Numbered from the stretch's first letter, positions 1 through 9,988 are shown. The stretch: DNA of 64,000 nt from an uncultured bacterium (GCA_963710755.1 CAVQBK010000006.1:64001-128000); one strand, 5' to 3'. Program-made: numbers and translations. Notes: a model not told the origin generated them from the sequence alone.

Positions 1-2235
1 TTTAATCACCAAAACTTTCTTAACGACTTTTCGCCGGGCACTTTCCAGTACCACATAATAAAGCCCGGACGCCACGGTTTCATTGCTCCGGTTTCGCCCG
101 TCCCAGGTCAGATCAACCCGCCTAGCCGCCACGGTTGATTCTTCATAACTCGTAATCTTTCTACCTTTCAAAGAATAAATGATGACGTTGGCATTTTCCA
201 TGGGTAACAATTCCAAATGAATCTGCAGGATTTCGACAGTGGGATTAAAGCGGTTCTTATCAAGATAAAAAACCGGTGCCGGTGTGGGGGTAGTGGTGGG
301 GGGCACAGTCAAGGTAATGGTAGGTGATAAGGTAATACTGGGGGTTATGGTCACTGTGGCTGATTGGGTCAGCGTGGGGGTCCGGGTGGGTGTTGGTGAA
401 ACCGTGGAGGTTTTGGTATATGAGGCTGATGGTGTTAAAGTGGCGCTGATGGTAGCAGTAGGTGTGGCCGTGGGGCTCGGTGTCGGCGACAGCACGGGTG
501 TGGGCGTGCTGCTGTGTATGGGGGTTTCGCTTTGGGTAGACGTTGGGGTTGGCGAAGGTGACGGGGTCATCGGGGTTAACGTAGGTGTAATGGTTTGGGT
601 ATACGTAGCCGAAATGGTGGGCGACTTGGTAAAGGTGGGTGTCAGCGACAATGTGTAGGTGGCTGTCACGGTTTTGCTGGGCGAGTCTGTAGGTGTATGG
701 GTAAATGTCGGTGTTTCCAAAGGTGTGTTGGTAGTGGTGATAGTTGGCGTGTAGGTATCGGAAGGAAGCGGTGTTGGTGTAAGGGTAAACGTTGGCGTTG
801 GCGAAGCCGTATCCACCGGAGTAGGCGTAGCTGTGTCCGTCTCCTGTAAGTTAATATCGGCCACTTCCCAACGCATCTGCCCGGTAGGATTGGAAGCACC
901 CGTGCTTTCCCAAAACCAGACGGTAATGGTTTTTGTGCCCGGCCCGGAAGTCAACTCGGCAGGAATAATCAAAGGGTCGGCACGAAGGCTAGGCGTGTTG
1001 GTCCAAGTATCGCCACCGCAAGATAGCCATTGATCGAAAGTGCTGTTGGCTGTGCTGGTGTTGGGAAAGTTGAAGGACACCAGATCAGAATTGCTCTCCA
1101 CCCTGACAAACTGGGCATTGGGCAGGGCCCATTCCAAATTTACGGCAGTGGAGGTGGTATTAGCGGCACCGCCGTTAATGCGCAGAGGTGGCATGGCGGC
1201 ATCGGACAAAGAATAGTATTGGGCGTCGGTGTATGCGGCGGTATACAGACGCTGTTTATTGGCATCCAGGGCCATTGCCGTAAACTGAGCCCCGGTGTTG
1301 CTAAGGCTGCCGGATGGTGAACCGGGCAGACTGCCATCGGCATTCAAGTTAAACCAATATACGTAAGCGCCGCTGCCCACATAAAGAATACGTCGTGCCG
1401 CATCCAGGGTCAGGCTAAAGACAAAATTGCTTCCACCTAGATTCACCGTGGCCAGGTTGCCAAGTACACCATTGGCATCCAGATCAAAAACATAAATAAT
1501 GCTGCCGGAGTCACTGCCTGCGTACAATTTTCTTCTCACCGTATCCACGGCCAGCGTGGTGATCAAGCTCGTCCCGGCCGGTGAGTCAACTGTACTGCCT
1601 AAAGGTAAGCCGCTTGCATTCAAATCAAACCTTTGAATCTTGCCATTCCCGCCCATATACAATTTCCGGCGGCTCAGGTCCATGGCCAGAGCGCCGACTT
1701 GACTATTGGTGGTATAGGTGCTGGCTGCCCCACTGGGCAGGCCGGTGCCTGGATCCAAAGGATAAACAGCCAAACCGTTGACAGGGGCGGTCATCCCAAC
1801 ATACAAATAATGATCAAGAGGATTAAGCGCCAGGCATTTAGCATTGTTGCTTAAATCATTGTAGTTATTAACCGTTGTCGTCGTATTGCCCGAGCTGTCC
1901 AGGGAAATAACCGCTAAGGCATTATTTCCTACTGTGGAGTTGGCCAAATATAATTTTCCTCTTTCACTATCCAAAGCCAACCCATAGGTTGCATTGCTGA
2001 TGGTAATGGCCGGCAGGGCGACTGTTGGCGGATCGCCGGCGCTGTTAAGATCAAATACGTAAAGATTATTACTGGTACTGGTGGCATAATATAATTTCTG
2101 ATGGGTAGGATCAAGAGCCAAGGCCGTGCCTTGGTTGAAGCTGGAAAAATAGGTTTGTCCTGACTGGAGCGCAGACCAGCATACTTGGGGTAAGAAGAGG
2201 AGCAATAGCAATATTGGTAGCTTATGATTCTTCAT
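1..2235 (-). CDS. Secreted beta-propeller protein with Pro/Thr linker and C-terminal FlgD-Ig/T9SS-like CTD (stop codon outside window)
   Basis: Missing from the ORF track because it runs off the edge. Hand-translated from ATG 2235: signal peptide MKNHKLPILLLLLFLPQVCWSA, repeated 'LALD..R.KLY' blades, TPTPT linker (~280-840), C-terminus LTWDGRNRSNETVASGLYYVVLE..KKVLVIK. Confidence 0.8.
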   Translation of the reverse strand, partial: MKNHKLPILLLLLFLPQVCWSALQSGQTYFSSFNQGTALALDPTHQKLYYATSTSNNLYVFDLNSAGDPPTVALPAITISNATYGLALDSERGKLYLANSTVGNNALAVISLDSSGNTTTTVNNYNDLSNNAKCLALNPLDHYLYVGMTAPVNGLAVYPLDPGTGLPSGAASTYTTNSQVGALAMDLSRRKLYMGGNGKIQRFDLNASGLPLGSTVDSPAGTSLITTLAVDTVRRKLYAGSDSGSIIYVFDLDANGVLGNLATVNLGGSNFVFSLTLDAARRILYVGSGAYVYWFNLNADGSLPGSPSGSLSNTGAQFTAMALDANKQRLYTAAYTDAQYYSLSDAAMPPLRINGGAANTTSTAVNLEWALPNAQFVRVESNSDLVSFNFPNTSTANSTFDQWLSCGGDTWTNTPSLRADPLIIPAELTSGPGTKTITVWFWESTGASNPTGQMRWEVADINLQETDTATPTPVDTASPTPTFTLTPTPLPSDTYTPTITTTNTPLETPTFTHTPTDSPSKTVTATYTLSLTPTFTKSPTISATYTQTITPTLTPMTPSPSPTPTSTQSETPIHSSTPTPVLSPTPSPTATPTATISATLTPSASYTKTSTVSPTPTRTPTLTQSATVTITPSITLSPTITLTVPPTTTPTPAPVFYLDKNRFNPTVEILQIHLELLPMENANVIIYSLKGRKITSYEESTVAARRVDLTWDGRNRSNETVASGLYYVVLESARRKVVKKVLVIK

Positions 2236-2284
2236 GCCAGCCCTTTATGGTTTTCCTTGAAATTTCCCGCGTCAAAAATCCCGC

Positions 2285-2323
2285 AAAAAATTGGCCTCAG
2301 ATCACTTGTGATCCGAGGCCAAT
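2285..2323 (-). terminator. Rho-independent terminator
   Basis: ATTGGCCTCGGATCACAAGTGATCTGAGGCCAAT stem-loop followed by a T tract on the minus strand, just downstream of 2373..3464. Confidence 0.7.
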
Positions 2324-2372
2324 CAATTTTTAACACCCCATGATTAATCCTACCTTGCTATTGACAACGGGA

Positions 2373-3464
2373 CTACCAGCGGGCCGGATGTTTTCTGCCG
2401 TCGTTACGCGTCCAATATCCCCTGCCCCGTGCATCCAGTACATAAACATAGTGGTCCATGGTGCCGCGATGATTCAAAATATCCAAGGTCCCGCCGCCGG
2501 CACCGGTGCTATCAAATTGCAAAATCAAATCCAGGGTCCCATCACTACGATAGATGCGGTAGTAACCGCTCTTGTCCAAGACACTGATCCAAAAATCAAG
2601 CTGGGTTTGAACACCTTCCGGATCAAAGAATAACCCTTTAAGCGTTTTTAAATGGTTGCCCATGTCCCCGGATAAGTTGATACTGGCACTGGTTAAGGGC
2701 CCGGTAGGAGTCTTATAAAATAAACGCCATTGAAAATTAAGCATATCGGTTAGGTTTTTATAGACATCCACATAAAAAGATTGGGTATAGATGGCAAGCA
2801 CATCCTGGTCCACGCTGGTCTGGTCAAACGTATAGCCGTCCGTGCCATAACTGGGTGTGGCCACCCACCCCGGATTCAATGCACCGTAAAAGCCTCTATT
2901 GGGACGCCATTGGAACGGCACCAACGTTACTTCAGGGTCAAAGCCGGACGGATCGGTGCCTTCACCGGGCGCCCAGGTTTGGGTGACAATATCAGCTGCG
3001 GTTTGCATGACCACTCTATCCAAGTGATGGCGCAACACAACTTTGAGAAACAGCGGATGAGCAGTGAGTATATCATTGAGCGTGTCGTTACCGACAAACA
3101 TGCCCACCCACTTGCCTGCATAAGAAGTATAATATCGGTGCATCCAAAAACCCAGGCGTTGCTGCAAATGGGATTTTAACCGCATCAGGTAATTTTTATA
3201 TTTGTTTTTATAAAATTTGGCTTTAAATTTGTTTTTGAAATTTTTGGTACCCTTGCTGTAGTCATGACCGCCAAAACAGCTGGCATTAACCTGGTTGTCC
3301 GTAGACGTTGACTGAGTTAAGTCTGAGGTGGTGTCCATGGTGATAGGTGTGGTGGGATTGGTAATATCCGGTGCTGTTGGTCCTACGACATTTTGTCCAC
3401 ATCCTGAAATAACCAGTGCACTTGCAATAACGGCCATCCCCAAAATCTTATTAAGTCCCATCAT
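2373..3464 (-). CDS. Hypothetical lipoprotein
   Basis: 363-aa ORF with lipobox ISGC after a hydrophobic leader; no recognisable domain. Confidence 0.7.
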   Translation of the reverse strand: MMGLNKILGMAVIASALVISGCGQNVVGPTAPDITNPTTPITMDTTSDLTQSTSTDNQVNASCFGGHDYSKGTKNFKNKFKAKFYKNKYKNYLMRLKSHLQQRLGFWMHRYYTSYAGKWVGMFVGNDTLNDILTAHPLFLKVVLRHHLDRVVMQTAADIVTQTWAPGEGTDPSGFDPEVTLVPFQWRPNRGFYGALNPGWVATPSYGTDGYTFDQTSVDQDVLAIYTQSFYVDVYKNLTDMLNFQWRLFYKTPTGPLTSASINLSGDMGNHLKTLKGLFFDPEGVQTQLDFWISVLDKSGYYRIYRSDGTLDLILQFDSTGAGGGTLDILNHRGTMDHYVYVLDARGRGYWTRNDGRKHPARW

Positions 3465-3636
3465 TGTTTATCCCCCATCCTGATCGAGTCCCTTACAAAA
3501 ATCATTATACCATTGCTCTAGCAGGAAAACAACTATGTTTGTATTTTTTTTGTAATATTTAATGATATTAATTTTTGCAATATAATTGTTTCATTCTGCA
3601 CCATTCTTACTACTTGCCTTGGCCTCACTTGTCAGA

Positions 3637-4545
3637 CTATTTATTGGCCTTATAAACACTCTCGTCCTCCAGAAAATCATAGGGACTGGCTATTTCGTTG
3701 TTTATATTGACCTGAAAATGCAAATGGTTGCCCGTCGAGGAGCCGGTAGTACCAACCTTACCTATGATCTGGCCTTTTTTGACCTTATCCCCTTTTTCCA
3801 CCAGCCGTTCTTTTTGATGCAAGTAGGTGGTGGTTAAACCAAACCCATGATCAATCACAATAGTATTGCCATGGGCTTTAAAGCTTTTCGAGAGAATAAC
3901 CACACCATCCGCCGGAGCATGAATAGGGGTGCCACCAGGCGCCGCAATATCCAGACCACCATGGTACCAGGAATCAGCACCCTTATTATAAATACGCTTT
4001 ACGCCAAACTGTTCCGTAATCCGACCGTGAATGGGCCAGCTCAAGCTGTGAACCAAGTGGCCGGGAAGATAGTCGGCTCCGAGGCGGGCTTGGGCCATTA
4101 ATCGGGATTCAGGCGCAAATTTATAATTGGAAAATCCTTTTATCCAAAGATGGATCGTTTTAAAAGGAGATCGAGGCACCACTTTCAGCGCTTGGGTTTT
4201 GGTCACCACGTCACCCTTCTCCGGCAAGGACATGGTCAAGGTCAGCGGGTATTCACCAGGTGCTAAATCAAGGGGCACCGAAAGATAACGGGCATAATGG
4301 CCGGATTGACTGGCTACAGGATACAGGTCCAAGGGCGTTGGCCACCATCCACTTATGGTCGGTTGCCAAGGATCGGTACTGGAGTTGGTGGCCTCAACTT
4401 CAACGACATGGCCTGGTTCCAATGCTGTTGTTGAGAGCGTAAGGTTTAGGGTAGGTGGCTGAGGTGGTGCGGTCATTTTAACCGAAGGGGCACAAGCACT
4501 AATCAAAAACATCAGGGTTACGGGGACGAGGACTTCTTTTTTCAA
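3637..4545 (-). CDS. M23 family metallopeptidase (lipoprotein)
   Basis: HGGLD (HxxxD) and HLH motifs; TTG start at 4545 after AAGGAG; lipobox ISAC. Confidence 0.85.
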   Translation of the reverse strand: MKKEVLVPVTLMFLISACAPSVKMTAPPQPPTLNLTLSTTALEPGHVVEVEATNSSTDPWQPTISGWWPTPLDLYPVASQSGHYARYLSVPLDLAPGEYPLTLTMSLPEKGDVVTKTQALKVVPRSPFKTIHLWIKGFSNYKFAPESRLMAQARLGADYLPGHLVHSLSWPIHGRITEQFGVKRIYNKGADSWYHGGLDIAAPGGTPIHAPADGVVILSKSFKAHGNTIVIDHGFGLTTTYLHQKERLVEKGDKVKKGQIIGKVGTTGSSTGNHLHFQVNINNEIASPYDFLEDESVYKANK

Positions 4546-4561
4546 ATCGGACTCCTTGGAT

Positions 4562-7147
4562 TTATTTGGCCAGCAGCAGGACCTCGGCGCGCCGGTTTTT
4601 AGCCCGTTGCTGATCATTACCGCTGGTCACCATCAGTTGATCAATGCCTTTGCCAGCAACTTGTATATAATTAGCCGGGATTTTCTCCTGGCGAATGAGG
4701 TAATCCGCCACATGCTGAGCCCGCAAGCGGGATAATTCCATGGCTTGGTCCTTTCCTTCGCGGGAATCGCAGTGTCCGGTTATCTGCAATTGATACTCCA
4801 TATTATACTTGGTGACCGTCGCGGCTGCTGATTTCAAAGCTGACTTGGCTTGCTCGGTCAACTGGCTTTGATCCTTTTGAAATAGAACCCTAACCAAGTT
4901 CATGGCGAGCGCTTTTCCCCCGCCGTAAGCCGCCAAGTCACTCTGCACCACCTGACTGTCCGTGGCGGATTTGGCGCCCATGGTGGTGAGTACCAACAGA
5001 CGGGCCAGAAAACGATGGCCCCCGGGAACAGGTTTCCCGTTCTGATCCATGCCGTCCCAGGCAATGGTCCCCGGCACTTCCCCCTGCCCGCCGAGGGCGC
5101 GAACCTGGGCTTTACTATCCTGGTCAAGGATGATCATTTTCCAGTTCTTTATTTTGGCCGTGCCCTTTAGATTAAAAGAAAAGGTCAGCCCCTGGCCTCC
5201 CTCAGATACAGGCTTAAAGGTAGAAGCCGAGGCCGTTAAGTCAGTCTTCAATTCTGCATAATTGATTACAAAAGTAGTTTCCGTCCTGGTCCGCAGACCT
5301 ACGTCATCGCGATAACGCAACACGGCACGATAGGTACCGGCTGCCGGTGGTCGACTGGACAGGTTTGGTTTCCAAACGACTTTTTCAGGCATGCTGCTGT
5401 TACCATTGCGTTCAAATACCCGTTTGTCAGCAGGATTGTAAATCATGAAACGCCATTCGCTGCTGCCTAATACTTTGGGTATCGTGAAGTTCAGCGCTTG
5501 TTTCCCTCTCGGACCTCCCAAGGTCACCTTACCGGGACCTTCCATATCAACCGGCTTGGACTTGGTTCTTATTTCCAGCATTTCCGTTGCCGCCGCCAGT
5601 TCCAACCCATTTTTATCGAGCACTCTTAAAATAGCGCTGTACTCGCCGTCCGGCAATCGTCTGCCTTTTTCATCCTTGCCGTCCCATTCCAAGTTTCGGG
5701 GTAACCCGCTTCCGCCTTTATAAAGGCGGACTACTTCACTGCCTCGCAAAATATAGAGCCGCCAGCTGCTTACGCGCAGGCGGTCATTAACCAGGCGACC
5801 GACAAATATGGTTTTATCCCGTTTGCCATCATTATTGGGTGAAAAAGGATTGATCACCGCATGCAGGCGAACATCTTCATGGGCAATCGAAAATTGCTGG
5901 CCGCTATTACTAAAATATCCTGAAAAAGAAGCCGGCATCTCCGGATCCACCACCAAGTCCGCATGCTCTTGTCCTGCCGGTCCTTCCGGTACGGGCAGGC
6001 TGTAGGTCGAGGTTTGGGTCGCATCCGTGGATTCTTGATCCGAAGCCTGGTCAGCTTGGTAATCGCTTGTTTTAGGCGAGCTATATTCCAAAAAATCATC
6101 AGTGGCATCAGCTGCGGAGTCTAAAGCTGAAAAGAAAGACCGTTGGTCTTCATCGATTTTTTCTTTGGCGTGATGATCTTCAGGCGACGCTTTTTCAGAT
6201 TCCTTGAGAACAGTGGGAAGACCATGGCCGGGGCGGCCATAGGCCCAGGTAAGCGCCAATTCATGACGGCTGTTGTAAAACGAAGTTGGACACTGGAAAG
6301 CATAATCGAGGTGCCAATCGAGGAAGCCAAGGCCTAATCCGGCGGTAAGAACACCCGATTGGCCGGCTCGTTGAAAATAACCCAGGCGGGCTGCCAATCC
6401 CTTAGTGGAAGGCAAGGCCAATGTATGTTCCAGACCCATACGAACAACGCTGAAGGAATCGAGGCCGGGAAGCTGGCTATTTTGAGTATCCAGTTCCACA
6501 GTGGCCATCCATGCTTGGGCAAGTTGCCAAGACAAGCCGTAGCGAAAAACCATAGGCAAGGTATAACCTTTCCCATCCAGCTTGACAATAGACTGCGCAT
6601 CTTGCATGACCACGCCCAATCGCAGAACATTTTCGTTTTCACCCCGCCAAAGGGTAAGCAGCATCCCCAGGTCCACCCCTCCTCCAGCGGGCATACCTTC
6701 CACCTGAGGCAGGACCGTTTGAACAAACTTACCGGTGATCCCAGCCAGCAATTGACCGTTGGGCGAAAGCGGAAAGCCCAGGGCTAATTCGTAATTATTT
6801 TGGAGTGATTGAGTCAAACGGGGATTGCTGAGAGAAAGCGCATGGAACTGGGTGACCAGGCGAGGAATAAGCGGCATGGCGGCATTGAGATACCAGCCTT
6901 GTTCATCACCCAAATCCTGGTGGGCAAAACCAGCCGACAACTCGGGCCAGTTAATGAATACCAAATTGGCGGGATTAATGGTACCGCTGGAAGCACTGCC
7001 GGGCAGGGCCGCTCCGCTTCCGCCCATGGCGGAAGCGCGCGGATCGCTAAGGCCGGTGGCGCCCAAGGGATCAACACCGGCCAACACTAATTGGCTCATT
7101 CCAGCAATGGTAAAACCTGCAATGACAACCGCCTTGATAAGGCGCAC
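4562..7147 (-). CDS. PorV/PorQ-like beta-barrel + FlgD-Ig repeats + OmpA-like domain protein
   Basis: N-terminal 'RASAMGG...INPANL' barrel signature; FSPNNDG and WDGKD/WDGMD Ig motifs; C-terminal GHCD...LSRLRA...KNRRAE OmpA motif. Confidence 0.75.
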   Translation of the reverse strand: MRLIKAVVIAGFTIAGMSQLVLAGVDPLGATGLSDPRASAMGGSGAALPGSASSGTINPANLVFINWPELSAGFAHQDLGDEQGWYLNAAMPLIPRLVTQFHALSLSNPRLTQSLQNNYELALGFPLSPNGQLLAGITGKFVQTVLPQVEGMPAGGGVDLGMLLTLWRGENENVLRLGVVMQDAQSIVKLDGKGYTLPMVFRYGLSWQLAQAWMATVELDTQNSQLPGLDSFSVVRMGLEHTLALPSTKGLAARLGYFQRAGQSGVLTAGLGLGFLDWHLDYAFQCPTSFYNSRHELALTWAYGRPGHGLPTVLKESEKASPEDHHAKEKIDEDQRSFFSALDSAADATDDFLEYSSPKTSDYQADQASDQESTDATQTSTYSLPVPEGPAGQEHADLVVDPEMPASFSGYFSNSGQQFSIAHEDVRLHAVINPFSPNNDGKRDKTIFVGRLVNDRLRVSSWRLYILRGSEVVRLYKGGSGLPRNLEWDGKDEKGRRLPDGEYSAILRVLDKNGLELAAATEMLEIRTKSKPVDMEGPGKVTLGGPRGKQALNFTIPKVLGSSEWRFMIYNPADKRVFERNGNSSMPEKVVWKPNLSSRPPAAGTYRAVLRYRDDVGLRTRTETTFVINYAELKTDLTASASTFKPVSEGGQGLTFSFNLKGTAKIKNWKMIILDQDSKAQVRALGGQGEVPGTIAWDGMDQNGKPVPGGHRFLARLLVLTTMGAKSATDSQVVQSDLAAYGGGKALAMNLVRVLFQKDQSQLTEQAKSALKSAAATVTKYNMEYQLQITGHCDSREGKDQAMELSRLRAQHVADYLIRQEKIPANYIQVAGKGIDQLMVTSGNDQQRAKNRRAEVLLLAK

Positions 7148-7460
7148 AGCTATCCTCCGCCCTGCTTCCCGGAAATCAACCTTTCTTTCCCTGGTTAAGT
7201 CACGAAAAGGAAGCAGGCATAATAATCATCCATTGTGCGCCTGGCTTTATTAAGCTGACCCACATGGACTGCCTATCTCATTTTTCAGCATAGCACAGGC
7301 AAGGACGAGTTATCAATGGACGAAATGGTTTCCATGATGGATGACCTTACCCTATACCCTCTTGCCACCATCGCTATAGGAAAGCTCCAGTTGAACCTGC
7401 TTAGGGGTTTCTGGGATGGCATGATGGCTGCGGCCTTTTCCAGGGCGTGGGCAGGACTGC

Positions 7461-7550
7461 TTATTTTTTCAAATGACGATATTTACGACGATGTTTTTTA
7501 CGCTTGTGCGTTTTAATCTTCTTTAAATGGCGTTTTTTACCGCAACCCAC
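7461..7550 (-). CDS. Small basic protein, bS22/mS38 (AURKAIP1/COX24)-like ribosomal protein
   Basis: AAGGAGG RBS, GTG start, MGCGKKRHLKKIKTHKRKKHRRKYRHLKK* (29 aa); below the ORF-track cutoff. Confidence 0.75.
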   Translation of the reverse strand: MGCGKKRHLKKIKTHKRKKHRRKYRHLKK

Positions 7551-7654
7551 TGGTCGTCCTCCTTGATCTGATCGGATGAAATTTTCCCAAATCCACCCGG
7601 CATTTTACTGACGCAGAATTTTAACAAAAAAGTCTGGAAAAACAAGGAAAATAT

Positions 7655-8104
7655 TTAGGAATTAGCTGATTTCCAATCGACTTTCATGCACTTGGCATGA
7701 GCCGTGGCCAGCACCCGGCCGTTTTCCAGGCAAACCTGACCGTTGATGGAAAACAATCGGTTTTGTTTGGTTTCTTCCAGAGTGGCTGTGATAATGAGCT
7801 TTTTCCCAACCGGCGCCGGTTCGCGAAGCCGCATCTCGAATTTAGCGGTCACTACGGGCTGGTTCCATAAAACAATGGGTACATTGGCCATCGTCTCATC
7901 AAGCAGTAATCCAATAATCCCGCCGTGCACCACATCTTTATAACCTTGAAAAACCTTCTGCGCTGTGAATTCGGTTCGAATACTATCCTCATTCACCCGG
8001 GCGAAGGTTAGGTGCAAGCCAATAGGATTGTTTTCGCCGCAGGCAAAACACATACGGTCATCATCCCATCCGGCCGGTGTCTGCGGTGACAGTGTATCCC
8101 CCAC
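7655..8104 (-). CDS. PaaI family hotdog thioesterase
   Basis: CFACGENNPIGL and HGGIIGLLLDE motifs. Confidence 0.85.
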   Translation of the reverse strand: MGDTLSPQTPAGWDDDRMCFACGENNPIGLHLTFARVNEDSIRTEFTAQKVFQGYKDVVHGGIIGLLLDETMANVPIVLWNQPVVTAKFEMRLREPAPVGKKLIITATLEETKQNRLFSINGQVCLENGRVLATAHAKCMKVDWKSANS

Positions 8105-8107
8105 GGT

Positions 8108-9151
8108 TCAGCCCAACGTAGAAAACAGATTATTTAAATTTTGGTCATAAGGCGCGCGAATAATGCCCAAATCCGTGATCAGGGCACTGATGTATTTATG
8201 TTCGGTTTTATCAAACGCAGGTGCGATCACCTTGGCCCCGGGAATGGAAATAGCTTTGTTCTGCCATTTCAGGATACTTTCCGGACTGTGTTCTTGCAAG
8301 AGTACCGGTTCCGCTGAGACTAAAGTCCTGTCGAAGGTGGTGGTCGGGGCAATGATATATACTGGAATTTGGTGATGGTAAGCCAGCATGGCCAGACTGT
8401 AGGTGCCCACAGGCGCCACGACATCGCCATTCATGGCAATGCGGTAGGCACCGACCATGACGATATTGATTTGGCCTGATTTCATGAGATGACCCAGGGC
8501 ATTATCACTCACCAGATAAAAAGGAACCTTGGACTGCTTGAGCTCCAGTGCGGTTAACCGCGATCCCTCCAGCAACGGCCGGGTTTCAGGCACGATCACC
8601 GTTACATTTTTGGAGCTTTTCGCTTTAGCAATGACCGCCAAGGCGCTGCCGGCACCAATCGAGGAAAAACTGCCCGCATGGCCGTAGGTCAGGATGGTAT
8701 CGCCTTCCCGGATCAGTTCTTGGCCGTTGTCCACAATGCTTTTACCGGCATCCTCAAAATCTTTTAAAACTTTTACGGCCTCCCGAAGCACCAGATCCCG
8801 AAGGGTGTTGAGCTTATGATCACGGTTATTGAGAACGCACCGTTTCATTCGCTCCAAAGCCCATTCCAAGTCCCTGGACATGGGACTCAATTTCAAGAAT
8901 TGATTACTGACTTTTTCCACTTCCTGGCGCAGTTTATCAAAGGTCTTGGCCAAAGGGGGTTGCTTGACCGCGTAATAAATTCCAAAAGCCGCCAACGCGC
9001 CTACCAGAGCATTGCCGCTGACTTTTTTCAGCTTGATCGCATCCAGGATCTGGCTCAGAGAGCGCAATTGCACTTTGATAACGGTGGCAGGCAATTTGGA
9101 TTGATCCAGGATGAAAAGCTTTTGCTGCTTCCACTCCAGGGCTTTAGGCAT
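8108..9151 (-). CDS. MtnA/eIF2B-family protein, catalytically degenerate
   Basis: Fold motifs LDQ.KLP, ETRP..EG.RLT..EL and PAFD.T are present; catalytic motifs are altered (see findings). Confidence 0.8.
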   Translation of the reverse strand: MPKALEWKQQKLFILDQSKLPATVIKVQLRSLSQILDAIKLKKVSGNALVGALAAFGIYYAVKQPPLAKTFDKLRQEVEKVSNQFLKLSPMSRDLEWALERMKRCVLNNRDHKLNTLRDLVLREAVKVLKDFEDAGKSIVDNGQELIREGDTILTYGHAGSFSSIGAGSALAVIAKAKSSKNVTVIVPETRPLLEGSRLTALELKQSKVPFYLVSDNALGHLMKSGQINIVMVGAYRIAMNGDVVAPVGTYSLAMLAYHHQIPVYIIAPTTTFDRTLVSAEPVLLQEHSPESILKWQNKAISIPGAKVIAPAFDKTEHKYISALITDLGIIRAPYDQNLNNLFSTLG

Positions 9152-9163
9152 TAAAGTCCTCCT

Positions 9164-9988
9164 CTATTTTAAATGATGGATGATGGCTTTGGTCAAACGG
9201 GTCAAACGCGGCTGAGCTCCCATGGCGGCCTTGATAATTTCCGGCACACTGGCAGGACCCAGCTGATCAGGCACGCAGCGGTCGGTGACCACGGCTATAC
9301 CCAGAACCTTCATGCCGCTGTGGCGGGCCACAATCACTTCCGGCACGGTGGACATCCCCACGCAATCAGCACCAATGGTCTGCAGAAAGCGATACTCGGC
9401 CGCTGTTTCCAGACAGGGCCCTGACAAGGCTGCGTATACGCCTTGATGCAATTTAATTTTAAGATCCCGGGCTGTTTCCATGAGCAGGTTTTGAAACCCC
9501 TGATCATAGGCATTGTACATATCGGGAAAACGAGGACCGAGGCGATCGTCATTGGGGCCAATCAAGGGATTATCGCCGAGCAAATTGATGTGATCACTGA
9601 TCATCACCAGATCGCCGGGATAAAATGCGCGGTTAATGCCTCCGCAGGCCGAAAACACGGCCAGGGTTTTAGCGCCCATGGCATGCATAACGCGAAGAGG
9701 AAAGGTGATTTGTTGCAGCGAATAGCCTTCATAGCGGTGAAACCGGCCCTGCATGGCCACCACCGTTTTACCCATCAAGGTGCCCACCAATAACTTGCCG
9801 GCATGGGATTCCACTGTGCTCAGAGGAAAATAAGGAATGGTTTCATAAGGGATAACGACTTTATTTTTGATCTCTCCTGCCAAGGCCCCCAGACCTGTGC
9901 CCAGCACCATAGCCACGGCAGGTTTGGCCTTGGTTTTCTGCCGGATTACGGCCAAGGCTTCTTTCACCTGATCAACCAATTCTGTCAT
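9164..9988 (-). CDS. punA: Purine-nucleoside phosphorylase
   Basis: LGTGLG, GRFHRYEG and VGMSTVPE motifs. Confidence 0.92.
   Translation of the reverse strand: MTELVDQVKEALAVIRQKTKAKPAVAMVLGTGLGALAGEIKNKVVIPYETIPYFPLSTVESHAGKLLVGTLMGKTVVAMQGRFHRYEGYSLQQITFPLRVMHAMGAKTLAVFSACGGINRAFYPGDLVMISDHINLLGDNPLIGPNDDRLGPRFPDMYNAYDQGFQNLLMETARDLKIKLHQGVYAALSGPCLETAAEYRFLQTIGADCVGMSTVPEVIVARHSGMKVLGIAVVTDRCVPDQLGPASVPEIIKAAMGAQPRLTRLTKAIIHHLK

Noticed and set aside
284-899. Val/Gly-rich and Arg-rich ORFs in the track
   Set aside because: They are antisense or off-frame shadows of the Pro/Thr linker of the minus-strand gene 1..2235.
7190-7222. SRP RNA-like string GGTTAAGTCACGAAAAGGAAGCAGG
   Set aside because: It lacks the TCAGG motif, the stem around the GNRA loop does not pair and there is no flanking helix.
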